Positions 1 to 12,400 of a DNA stretch of 64,000 nt are shown here, in pieces. Numbering within the stretch: position 1 is the first letter of the stretch; each line of letters starts with the position of its first letter. The stretch is from positions 62,001 to 126,000 of the forward strand of contig NIVC01001894.1 in NCBI GenBank assembly GCA_002269645.1. The letters run 5' to 3'. Origin of the DNA: Macrostomum lignano. Lineage: Eukaryota. The position numbers and the translations under genes are program-made. The notes under the pieces are model-generated. The model was not told where the DNA came from. It made no database searches and saw nothing but the letters and a program-made list of their open reading frames with translations.

Positions 1-290
1 TTGCTCATCTGGCCTTTGGCAATGTGCTGGGTATAATGGATTGCTAATCTAGCCTTTGGCAATGTGCTGGGTATAATGGGTTGCTAATCTAGCCTTTGGC
101 AATGTGCTGGGTATAATGGATTGCTAATCTAGCCTTTGGCAATGTGCTGGGTATAATGGATTGCTAATCTAGCCTTTGGCAATGTGCTGGGTATAATGGA
201 TTGCTCATCTGGCCTTTGGCAATGTGTTGGGTATAGTGGGTTGCTAATCTAGCCTTTGGCAATGTGCTGGGTATAGTGGATAGCTAATGT
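1..290. repeat. 40-bp minisatellite in TRAK intron
   Basis: About 7 copies of TTGCTAATCTAGCCTTTGGCAATGTGCTGGGTATAATGGA; truncated by the window start. Confidence 0.95.
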
Positions 291-462
291 AGCGTAAAAT
301 AGATCAGCTATCGATCTTTTATCGTCAATATGTAAACAGCTTAAAAGTACATAATAGATTTTCGAAATCTATAGTAGTATTTAGCGGATTGCTAATCTAT
401 TCTGCAATAGTAATGCTACTGGTAGCTGTATGAGCAATTTTAAGAACCAATCAACTCCACAG

Positions 463-3400
463 GTGGCAATGGAGCGCGACCTGCTTGACACCAGGCTAAG
501 AGAAGCGCAGAATGCTCAACGTGCGCTCACTGGCGAACTGGGCGATCTGCACGATCGCTATGACGAGTGCCTCGGCATGCTGGACGAAGCGCAGCAGGAG
601 ATTCGCGCGTTAAAAAAGCGCCAAAAATCGTTGCGACTTGGCGCCGCCGGTGCTCATCTATTGGCTCCGCCGTCTGCCGCGGCCGCTACCACCGCCGACG
701 CTTCCTCTGCGGCCGCTTCCGGGGCCCGCCTGTTGCCGATGCACGCACCGGCTGTGCCGCCGCCGTATGAGCAGAGCCTCATGAGCGAGCTGGAGATGAG
801 CTCGGCTAGGGTCGGCGGCGATCATCGGATGTGAGCGAGCTTTTGGGGAGTTGCTGGGACTGCTGTTATAAAGTACACGGGGCTCTGATAAAGCTTGTGG
901 AACTCTATGGAAATTCTAAAGATGTCTTTAGGATTGTCTGATTTGTCGGTAAATAAGTCAATGAGATTCTCTGATTGGTTGGTGAATAAGTCAATGGGAT
1001 TCTCTGATTGGTCGGTGAATAAGTCAATGGGATTCTCTGATTGGTCGGTGAATAAGTCAATGGGATTCTCTGATTGGTCGGTGAATAAGTCAATGGGATT
1101 CTCTGATTAGTCGGTGAATAAGTCAATGGGATTCTCTGATTGGCCAGCAAAGAAGAAGCCAGTAAAATTTGTGCCATCCCACCCTCCGCAGCGCGGACAA
1201 TCTCAAGGCCTTGGAGACGGTCAAGATAGTCAAAAGTGCCGCCGCCCAGAGCCTGCACGGCAGAGCTGGCATCAGGCCGACAGGCGCTGCCGCCGGCATA
1301 GCCCTCACCAGCACTAGCTTAGGCTACGCCACTACTCTCCGCGATCCTGTTGTTGCTATGGCGTCATTGGTTACACCTGGCGACGAGGAGCAGCGCAGCG
1401 GGGCGGCCAGTTCCGGCTATCGAGACGAATGCCTGTCAGAGTGAGTTTTTTAGGGAGGCTGCTTGGGGATCAGCATTCATATTGATGTTGGCTTTGCGCT
1501 GATTGAGATATTCATATTTGTGTCTTCAGGTTTTCTAGTGACGTTTAAGATTTCCAAAAAATGATAATTTCCTTACAAGCTGCACATTCCCCTGCAAACT
1601 GCACATTCCCCTAAAAACTGAACATTCCCCTGAAGACTGCACATTCCCTGAGCTGTAGATTCTTCAAATTGCACATTCCCTGAGCTGAACATTCTTCAAA
1701 ATGCACATTCCCTAGCTGAACATTCTTCAAACTACACATTAACTGAGCTGAACATTCTTTAAACTACACATTCCCTGAGCTGAACATTCTTCAAACTACA
1801 CATTCCCTGAGCTGAACATTCTTCAAACTACACATTAACTGAGCTGAACATTCTTTAAACTACACATTCCCTGAGCTGAACATTCTTTAAACTACACATT
1901 CCCTAGCTGAACATTCTTCAAACTACACATTAACTGAGCTGAACATTCTTTAAACTACACATTCCCTGAGCTGAACATTCTTCAAAATGCACATTCCCTA
2001 GCTGAACATTCTTCAAACTACACATTCCCTGAGCTGAACATTCTCAAACTACACATTCCCTGAGCTGAACATTCTCAAACTACACATTCCCTGAGCTGAA
2101 CATTGTTCAAACTACACATTCCCTGAGCTGAACATTCTCAAACTACACATTCCCTGGGCTGAACATTCTCAAACTACACATTCCCTGAGCTGAACATTCT
2201 CAAACTACACATTCCCTGAGCTGAACATTGTTCAAACTACACATTCCCTGAGCTGAACATTCTCAAACTACACATTCCCTGAGCTGAACATTGTTCAAAC
2301 TACACATTCCCTGAGCTGAACATTCTCAAACTACACATTCCCTAAGCTGAACTATTTTCAATGTAGCAGTAAGAATTACAATTAGATTTTTTTGAATTAT
2401 TTCTGTTCCAGTCGCATGATGAAGCTGGAGTCTTATCTTACTCAGCCGTGGAAGTCTCTATTCAGGTTGGGCATAATTAAGCTTAGTTTTGTCTAATTTA
2501 CTTTAACAAAATAAGACTTGAATTCCAACTCAGGTGTAGATATCATCGGTGGTGATCTGAGAAATCTAACTGGCAGAATTTCAATGGAATTTCACTTGAT
2601 TGCGAGCTTAAAAGTGGTGACTTTTGTTACTCATTATCACGCTTTGGGTCGGCTTCCTCTGATCTTTCTTTAAGTCTTGATCAGTGTTAACTTCTTTCGC
2701 TAATCTCAACCTGTTTGAAAAACTTGCGCTAACAGAATCACTAGTGTCAAAATATACTAGCATTTTGCACTATTCGCGTGATTTGTTATCATAAATAACT
2801 CTTAAATTCTCTCCCTGACCCTATTCTCTCCCTGACCCTATTCTCTCCCTGACCCTATTCTCTCCCTGACCCTATTCTCTCCCTGACCCTATTCTCTCCC
2901 TGACCCTATTCTCTCCCTGACCCTATTCTCTCCCTGACCCTATTCTCTCCCCGACCCTATTCTCCCTGACCCTATTCTCTCCCTGACCCTATTCTCTCCC
3001 CTGACCCTATTCTCTCCCTGACCCTATTCTCTCCCTGACCCTATTCTCTCCCTGACCCTATTCTCTCCCTGACCCTATTCTCTCCCTGACCCTATTCTCT
3101 CCCTGACCCTATTCTCTCCCTGACCCTATTCTCTCCCCTGACCCTATTCTCTCCCTGACCCTATTCTCTCCCCTGACCCTATTCTCTCCCTGACCCTATT
3201 CTCTCCCCTGACCCTATTGTCTCCCCTGACCCTATTGTCTCCCCTGACCCTATTCTCTCCCCTGACCCTATTCTCTCCCTGACCCTATTCTCTCCCCTGA
3301 CCCTATTCTCTCCCTGACCCTATTCTCTCCCCTGACCCTATTGTCTCCCCTGACCCTATTGTCTCCCCTGACCCTATTCTCTCCCCTGACCCTATTCTCT

Positions 3401-6400
3401 CCCTGACCCTATTCTCTCCCTGACCCTATTCTCTCCCTGACCCTATTCTCTCCCTGACCCTATTCTATCCCTGACCCTATTCTCTCCCTGACCCTATTCT
3501 CTCCCCTGACCCTATTCTCTCCCCTGACCCTATTCTCTCCCTGACCCTATTCTCTCCCTGACCCTATTCTCTCCCCTGACCCTATTCTCTCCCCTGACCC
3601 TATTCTCTCCCTGACCCTATTCTCTCCCTGACCCTATTCTTTCCCTGACCCTATTCTCTCCCTGACCCTATATTAAGAAAGCCTTGTTAAATTATAATGA
3701 ATCGGCGTTTATTGAGTTTTGAGAAAGATAGCAAAAGAAAGGGTTAACATGGAATTTAGCACTGGCGTAGCTCAAACAAAACTTAGTGGTACAGGTAAGG
3801 GAGTCGAAAACCATAGAAATAATTAAGAAGTCTGTTATAGAAAATTCTGGAAGGAAAACTTGGATTCACTTACTATAAATATAAAGTTGACTATTTTAAA
3901 ATAAACGATTACTTATAACATCTTTAACACTCCCACTTAATGTTTAGCTTAAAAACTAGTGCATCTGGTACAAACAGTTCATATTGTGTCTTGAATAACA
4001 AAGTTAGATAAAGAGTTAGCAGTTACATTAACGAACAGGAATCAGTTCCTTGAGCACTTGAAACTTAGCATTAGACAGTGCTTTAGTAAGAATGTCAGCG
4101 ATCATCTCCTCTGACGGACAGTAAATTAGCTTTAAAGTTCCGCCGACCAACTTCTCACGCACGAAATGGTGACGGATATCAATGTGCTTAGAACGACTGT
4201 GGAAGACAGGATTCCTAGCTAGAGCAATACAGCCTTGATTGTCTTCTAGGATAGTAACGTATTTGAGACTTTCTACGCGAAGATCTAGTAGTAACTGTTG
4301 TAACCATGTGGCTTCTTGGGTAGCAGCTGAGAGTGCCATGTACTCGGCCTCCGTCGTCGATAAAGCTACAGTTTGTTGCTTCTTGCTACTCCAGCTAATC
4401 GGACATTCAGCCAACTTGAAGATGTATCCGGTTGTAGAACGTCGGTCATTGTGATCTCCAGCCCAGTCTGCATCGGAATATCCAATTAGATCGATTGCAC
4501 GCGAGTCCTTCTGAAAAACCAATCCTGATGAAATGGTTCCCTTTAGATATCTCAGGACACGCTTCACGCCACTCCAATGCTGTTCAGTTGAGTCTGAGCA
4601 ATATTGCGCGAGAACTCCCACTGCAGATGACACATCTGGTCCTGTAGCTAGTGCTGCGTAGTTTAGACTTCCTACTGCCGCCTGATACATAGTCTTGTCC
4701 ACCTTTGCATCACAGGTCTGTGTAGTGTAGAACTTGACACTTGTGTCCACTGGTGTTGATACCGGTTTGCAGTCCATCATGTTGAATTTAGAGAGGATGG
4801 TATTTAGATACCGCTCTTGGTTTAGAAACAATGAACCATTCTTCCAGGTAGCTTGAATTCCAAGAAAATAGTGAAATTCGCCTAGATCCTTCATCTTAAA
4901 TTTAGATTGCAGTTCTTGCTTCAGTACGGGCATGTAGTCGTCAGATGCTGTTAATAGAATGTCGTCCACATACACACCGATCGCAGATTGAGAGTTAGCA
5001 TAGATACACGGTTCTGACTTTGCCTGCACTAGATTAAGACTTAAAAGTTCATCATGTAGAGTTTGATTCCAACACCTAGGAGCCTGCTTGAGTCCATATA
5101 GACTTCTTTCTAGTTTGCATACTAGTGTTTCCTTGCCTTGAACCACAAATCCTTCCGGTTGTTCCATGTAAATTTCTTCGTCTAGTTTGCCGTTTAAAAA
5201 TGCTGTTACGACATCCATCTGGTGAATTTTCCAATCTCGTTGAACTCCAACAGCCAGTAGAGTTCTAATTGATGTAAATCGAGCTACTGGTGCATACGTC
5301 TCCTCATAATCTACTCCATGCTCTTGAGAGTATCCTTTGACTACCAATCTTGCTTTGAATCTGTCTACTGAGTTGTCTGCCTTATACTTGACACGAAATA
5401 CCCACTTACAGCCAATAGTTTGACGTCCTTTTGGTAGCTCAACCAGTTTCCATGTCCTGTTCTCCATCAGTGACTCGTACTCTGCATTCGCAGCCTCTTG
5501 CCAGTCTTTAGAGAATGAGCTGTCCAATGCTTGCTGTAGAGTTTTCGGTTCGTCAATTTGTGTTGCGACGGATGCCACGTACCTGTCAACGGGCTTCTTC
5601 TCTCGAGTTGATCTCCGAACTTCTTGCTTGTCGACAGTTTCAGGAACACATTTGAAATCAGACGATGCTGGTTCGGTACCTGCATTCAGTTGAAGTGTCT
5701 CCTGCTTCTCCACTAATTGCTTTACGAAGCACGACTCTTGGAACGTTACATCGCGACTGACGAAAACTGATCGTGTTTGGAAATCAAAACAACGATATCC
5801 TTTTGAGGTTTCCGAGTATCCAATAAATCTGACTTCCCGAGCTTTTGAGTCAAACTTGTGACGTTTCTCAGCTGGAACATGCGCGTAGGCAACGCATCTA
5901 AATACTCGCAAATGCTGAACACTCGGCTTGCTGCCGGTCCAAATTTGATATGGTGTCGCTTTGTTGACTGCACTTGTTATTGATCGATTACGCAGATATG
6001 CTGCCGTAGAGATTGCTTCTGCCCAGAATTCCTTGCCAATATGAGCATGTGCAATCATTGTTCGTGCTGCCTCCACCAAGGTTCGGTTCATTCTCTCGGC
6101 TACTCCGTTCTGTTCAGGAGAGTGTGGGACAGTAGTCTGGTGAATGATTCCGTTTCGGGCACAGAATGCCTCAAATTCTCCCGATGTATACTCTCCACCA
6201 TTGTCAGTCCGAAAAATCTTGATAGACTTGTCTGTTTGATTTGTGACGAGAGCCTGAAAGATCTTGAATTTTTCTAAGACTTCTGACTTACTTTTAATGA
6301 AGTAAACTGAGCAATAGCGCGAATAGTCGTCAATAAATGTGACAAAATACTTTGATCCTCCAATTGACGTAGTTTGCATGGGACGTTTGCATGACGTAGT

Positions 6401-9400
6401 CTCGTGACAGATGCAGTCTCGTTAGTTAGGTTAAAGCCTTTCAATTTGTACAGTCTGCCAACTTTTAAAGCTTTTCCAACAATCTTACCAGTTGCGCTCA
6501 AAATCTGACACTTGTCGTCGCTGAATTGTACACGGAAGCCTTTTCTTGTAACTGCTGATACTGAGAACAAATTCTGTTCCATAAGTGGTACATATAGAAC
6601 GTCGCTCAGCTCGCACAATTTCTTACCAGAACCAGTATTGATATACAACCGAACGGTTCCCTTTCCAGTGGCTTCGAGCTTATGTCCATCTGCTAGCGAA
6701 ATGTTCTCCAGTACCGAAAAATCTTCAAATTTCTCAAAACTTGTCCGATCATTAGTCATATGATTCGTTGCGCCTGAGTCCACAATCCATGTACTAGACT
6801 CGTTAGCTGTCGATGATGTGCCCATAGACAACGCCGGAAATGCAGAATCTTCCTCATCTAAAGCTGAAAAGTCCTTTAAGTCCTTTAAGAAAATGAGGCT
6901 TACCAGGGTAACATCAATGGTAACACCAACACCGTTGAAATCGTTTTCGAGTGAGTGCTTACAAGACGCTTCTAAATCTTACTATTTGAACTTCCTGTTG
7001 TTGGTTTACATTTGTTAAATACAACTGTTTAAAGCAGGACTGAGAACTATTTCTCAGGCCTCGTTTGGGGACTGAGAAATGGTTCTCAGTCCTCCTACAA
7101 CCGATAAATTACCATAGAAGTTGTTGTTCCTCGGGAAAAGGATGAGACTGCGAAAGAGGCGAGAAATGCACTTTCTGTAGGTTAAGTCTTTTGCTGGGGC
7201 GTCTGCAATCCTCGCCTGATGCCTTCTGTTGGATTTCTTCAAATCCTGTGGTCTTGAATTTGTGTTCGATCCACCTGTCACTGAGAGGCTATTCTTGAAT
7301 TTGTAACAGTGCTTCTTTAGGTGACCAGGCTTATTGCAGAAAAAACATACTTTTGGTATGACACTCTGGTGCTGTTGCCTCTTGAATCCAACCAGAGCCT
7401 TTGAATTGCTGCTAGGTTCACAGCTTTCCTGTTCAAGTCGTTTTGACTCCTCGTGCAAAAGCCGCTCGAGTACGAAATTCATCGTCAAGTCGTCCGCTCG
7501 CGATTCCAGGGCAGTAATCAACCCGTCATATGACTTCGGCAAACTGTTTAGCAGAATCGTGACTTGATAGTCCTCGGGAACACCTGCCCCGATAGCCGAC
7601 AGTCGTTTGACGATATCCTTGAACTGATTAACATGCTCCTGCATGGATGCACCTTCCACCATCTTGAGCGCTTGTAGTTTCCGATTAAGAAACAATTTAT
7701 TTGCTAGCGAACTCCGCTCGAAATATGCTTGAAGCTTATCCCACGCTTCCTTCGGAGTTTCTGCATCCTCAATTAGATGAATTTGACTATCCGCAACAGC
7801 CAATACGATAGTCGCTAGGGCTTTGTTCGCACGCCGCTTGAACTGAACTTTGACCTCGTTGGTCGCGTCCTCAGCAAGTGTCTCTGTACCATCAACAACT
7901 TCCCAAAGTTCTCGCTCCATCAGGACGTTCTTCATCTTGAACTTCCAGACAGTGTAGTTGGAACTATCCCACTTCTCAACCAGTAGTTTGGCATCGAAAG
8001 ACATCGTGTCGATCCACCAGCACAACTGGACTGCTGAGCTTGAACTTTCTAAGAGACGGTAGAGCCTGACAATCACACCGACTGACGCACTGCCACTGAA
8101 GCAGCTTTATTGTTCACACTGCAGTAGATCACAGTGGAAGGGCGCAGGGCCCATAACCTATTAAGAAAGCCTTGTTAAATTATAATGAATCGGCGTTTAT
8201 TGAGTTTTGAGAAAGATAGCAAAAGAAAGGGTTAACATGGAATTTAGCACTGGCGTAGCTCAAACAAAACTTAGTGGTACAGGTAAGGGAGTCGAAAACC
8301 ATAGATATAATTAAGAAGTCTGTTATAGAAAATTCTAGAAGGAAAACTTGGATTCACTTACTATAAATATAAAGTTGACTATTTTAAAATAAACGATTAC
8401 TTATAACATCTTTAACACCCTATTCTCTCCCTGACCCTATTCTCTGCCTGACCCTATTTTCTCCCCTGACCCTATTCTCTCCCTGACCCTATTCTCTCCC
8501 CTGACCCTATTCTCTCCCCTGACCCTATTCTCTCCCCTGACCCTATTCTCTCCCCTGACCCTATTCTCTCCCTGACCCTATTCTCTCCCCTGCCCCTATT
8601 CTCTCCCCTGATCCTATTCTTTCCCTTAACCCTATTCTCTCCCTTAACCCTATTCTCTTTCCTGACCCTATTCTCTCCCCTGACCCTATTCTCTCCCTGA
8701 CCCTATTCTCTCCCCTGCCCCTATTCTCTCCCCTGATCCTATTCTTTCCCTTAACCCTATTCTCTCCCTTAACCCTATTCTCTTTCCTGACCCTATTCTC
8801 TCCCCTGACCCTATTCTCTCCTCTGAGCCTATTCTCTCCCATGACCGTATTCTCTTTCGTCCTCTTTCCCAGGTATTTTCATTTCTCTCTTCACTTCCAA
8901 TCTCGCTTCCCTCTCTCCCACTTCTTTCTTGTCTTCACCGCCGCTCACACCTGTCGACTCTCGGCCACCGTCACGCAGGTCGCTAAGCGTTGGCAATCTG
9001 AGCGAAGCGAACGCCGGCTTCGCCGACATGAACCTGGTGATGAGCAAGCTCAAAAAGGAGCAGGAGCGACGCCGGAAAGCTGTCACTCAGCGTTACAGGT
9101 AAGACGATAACGTGCAAGTTTCAGATTTGCCAATGTTTAATTTAAAGTTTAGTTTCACTTAAAATAAACTTTATTGGGACCTCGTCAGAGGCAGCTGTCT
9201 CGTCTCTCCTCGAGTGGCTGCTTTGAAAGGGTAAATCAACTAAAATAATTATCTTTTTTGTTATATTACTCAGCCACTAAGCTACTTATAGTAGTTTTTT
9301 AATTTGACCCTCAATTGGTAATTAGGTCAAGAATTTTGCAGATTCTATCATTGCGCTTTCCATTCTCTTCAATCGGTTGGTTGATGATACCCGGGTGTGC

Positions 9401-12400
9401 AGAAGTGCGCCAAAAACTCTATTTCTTGTTTGTCTTAAAAAAGCGAAAAAATGACCCGGAGTCGAACCCGCGACCTTCGAACCCCAGGTACGCATCGGAG
9501 CAGTCGGCCGGCTCCACTAGTCCTCTGTCGGCTTCGAATCCCGAGCTGAGCTCGGCCGGCTCAAGTCCGCCTCGCAACTCGTGGGACGTGGCCGCCGCGG
9601 AGCCCGAGGTTGACGAGCCGCATGACGGACTGCCGCCGCCCCAGCAGCAGCCGCTGGCTCAGCTGCAGCATCATCATCAGCAACAGCAGCGGCAGCCGCA
9701 GTCCTCGCTGCAACAGCATCTGTCGCTGCCGAAAGCGGCCAGCCGCATCGGGATGGGCATCGCCCCGGAGAAGCTGCAGCTGGTGAAGCCAATCGAAGGC
9801 TCCTTGACGCTGGCGCAGTGGCGTAGGCTGGCCACGCCCGGCCTGCATGCTGTTGTTGTCGGCGACTTGCCCGGTGTTCAAATACGCGGCGGTCTGGAAG
9901 GCGATCCGATGCTCTGCGAACTCATGGGCGATGCGGTCTGCGGCCAGGGGGAGGCAGATAAGGCGCAGCTCAGTCTCAGCGACATCGAGGAGGACGGTGA
10001 GGAACAGCAACAGAGGCTTGCATATCCATGAGGATTCTATTGAGATCCATGAGGATTGTATTGAGATCCATGAGGATTCTATTGAGATGCATGAGGATTG
10101 TATTGAGATCCATGAGGATTGTATTGAGATCCATGAGGATTGTATTGAGATCCATGAGGATTCTATTGAGATCCATGAGGATTGTACTGAGATCTATGAG
10201 GATTGTATTTAGATCCATGAGGATTCTATTGAGATCCATGAGGATTCTATTGAGATGCATGAGGATTGTATTGAGATCCATGAGGATTGTATTGAGATCC
10301 ATGAGGATTCTATTGAGATGCATGAGGATTGTATTGAGATCCATGAGGATTGTATTGAGATCCATGAGGATTGTATTGAGATCCATGAGGATTCTATTGA
10401 GATCCATGAGGATTGTACTGAGATCTATGAGGATTGTATTTAGATCCATGAGGATTCTATTGAGATCCATGAGGATTCTATTGAGATGCATGAGGATTGT
10501 ATTGAGATCCATGAGGATTGTATTGAGATCCATGAGGATTCTATTGAGATCCATGAGGATTGTACTGAGATCTATGAGGATTGTATTTAGATCCATGAGG
10601 ATTCTATTGAGATCCATGAGGATTGTACTGAGATCTATGAGGATTGTATTTAGATCCATGAGGATTCTATTGAGATCCATGAGGATTGTATTGAGATGCA
10701 TGAGGATTCTATTGAGATGCATGAGGATTCTATTGAGATCCATGAGGATTCTATTGAGATCCATGAGGATTCTATTGAGATGCATGAGGATTCTATTGAG
10801 ATCCATGAGGATTCTATTGAGATCCATGAGGATTGTATTGAGATCCATGAGGATTCTATTGAGATGCATGAGGATTGTATTGAGATCCATGAGGATTGTA
10901 TTGAGATGCATGAGGATTGTATTGAGATCTATGAGGATTGTATTGAGATCCATGAGGATTCTATCGCGGCACACCAAAATTCTAGCGAGATCCGTTAAGA
11001 TATGTAATTGCAGCATTACCTACATGCAAAATGCCTGTTACATTACATTACCATTACCTACATTAAATGATTAATCATACTTGCTTACAAGCTCACCATC
11101 AATCAAAACGAAAAAAAACTCGCAGACGATTTCTGCCGCATCAAGTTCAAAGACGCCGAGGCCTCCGGCCTGACCTATACATACACTAACTCGAAGGTGA
11201 TGCACCCGACTGACAGCTATGAGTTTGCCGCCCCGGCTCCACCTGTCGCTGCCACCTCGCCTTCGGCTGCAGCCGCTGGCAGTGCATCAAAGATCGCTGG
11301 TGGCTCCCGGTCGGCGACCACGCTTGTGCCTGACGTTTCCAAGTGAGTGACGCTTCGGTGTGCGTGAGACAGGTAGACTGAGAGAGGGGGTGAGACAGGT
11401 AGAATGAGAGAGGGGGGGGTTAGACAGTTAGAATGAGAGAGAGGGGGTGAGACAGGTAGAATGAGAGAGGGGGGGGGGTTAGACAGTTAGAATGAGAGAG
11501 AGGGGGTGAGACAGGTAGAATGAGAGAGAGAGAGAGAGAGAGAGAGGGGTGAGACAGGTAGACTGGGAGAGTGGGTGAGACAGGTGATAATGAGGGAGGC
11601 AGAGTAGCGTCAAGAAATTGGAGTCTGTTGGTCTCAGAAAGGTGGGGAATTCAAACCTGTCAGTGACTAGAAAGCAACTCCTCAGTGTCCTGATGTTCCA
11701 TTATAATTTCTGCAGAGCTCCGCCCGGCAAGCAGCCACCATTTGCTTTGCAAATCGCCCGCACCCCGTCTAAACGGTGGCCGCAAGACGACGGCACGTCG
11801 ACATTTTCGTTGAGCTTCGGCCTCGCCGACGTACTGCGTGAACGCGGCGTCAGGAGCGCCGCCCCCGACGACATCGCCGCCAGCGCCTCGCTGCACCGGC
11901 TGCACCAGCAGCAGCAGCAACTGCCGCGGCGGCAGCGGTCCCGCCAGCCGAGCACCAGCGCCGGCCTGCCGTCGGCAGACGACGAATCCGCGTCTAGACA
12001 GCGATCGGCGTCGTCGTCGGCTTCTTCGACGGCGGACAGCAGCAACGCGGCGGCCTCGGCGTCGGCCGAAGGCGAGGAGGATGACGAAGCGACGCCGACG
12101 CACGACGGTTGGTTTTTGCCGACGCTGGGCGCCGGCCTGAGCGCCACCCTGCGCAACCTGCTGCAGGGCGTCAGCCTGGTCGCTGGCGGCCCCATGCCGC
12201 CGTCGTCCTCTTCGGATTCGTCGACCTCTTCGGCCAGCCCGCCGCTGCCGCCGGCCACCATCGCCGGATTGAATATCTTCGGCCAGACGACGGTCGAGAC
12301 TTCTTCGACGGCTACCGCCTCCGCGGCGCCTGGCGCAGTCGGCGGCGGCGGCGGTATTGTTCATCGGGTGTCGTCGCTGAGCCCGGCTGACCTGGAGCCG

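Larger units (their letters stand above)
3671..8417 (-). mobile_element. Ty1/copia LTR retrotransposon, full length but internally rearranged
   Basis: Two 259-bp LTRs (3671-3929, 8159-8417) differing at 2 positions; 5-bp TSD CCCTA (3666-3670, 8418-8422); PBS and PPT present; domain order gag-PR-IN-RT-RH. Confidence 0.97.

Noticed and set aside
2534-2620. Candidate TRAK exon after CAG at 2533; also acceptors at 1147 and 8872
   Set aside because: The 2533 and 1147 acceptors give in-frame stops, and 8872 adds pyrimidine-tract-like sequence. Acceptors at 1191 and 8978 give better frames.
6885-7185. piggyBac/MITE explanation for the TTAA-flanked insert
   Set aside because: The ends lack matching terminal inverted repeats (CCTACAG vs GAAAATG); at best a weak degenerate match.
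9976-11074. Long repetitive ORFs here and at 32627-33199, 35011-36176, 43577-44441, 48703-49980 and 55395-56066
   Set aside because: They are stop-free translations of minisatellites, open in several frames and on both strands, and lie in introns or non-coding DNA outside the phase-consistent exons.
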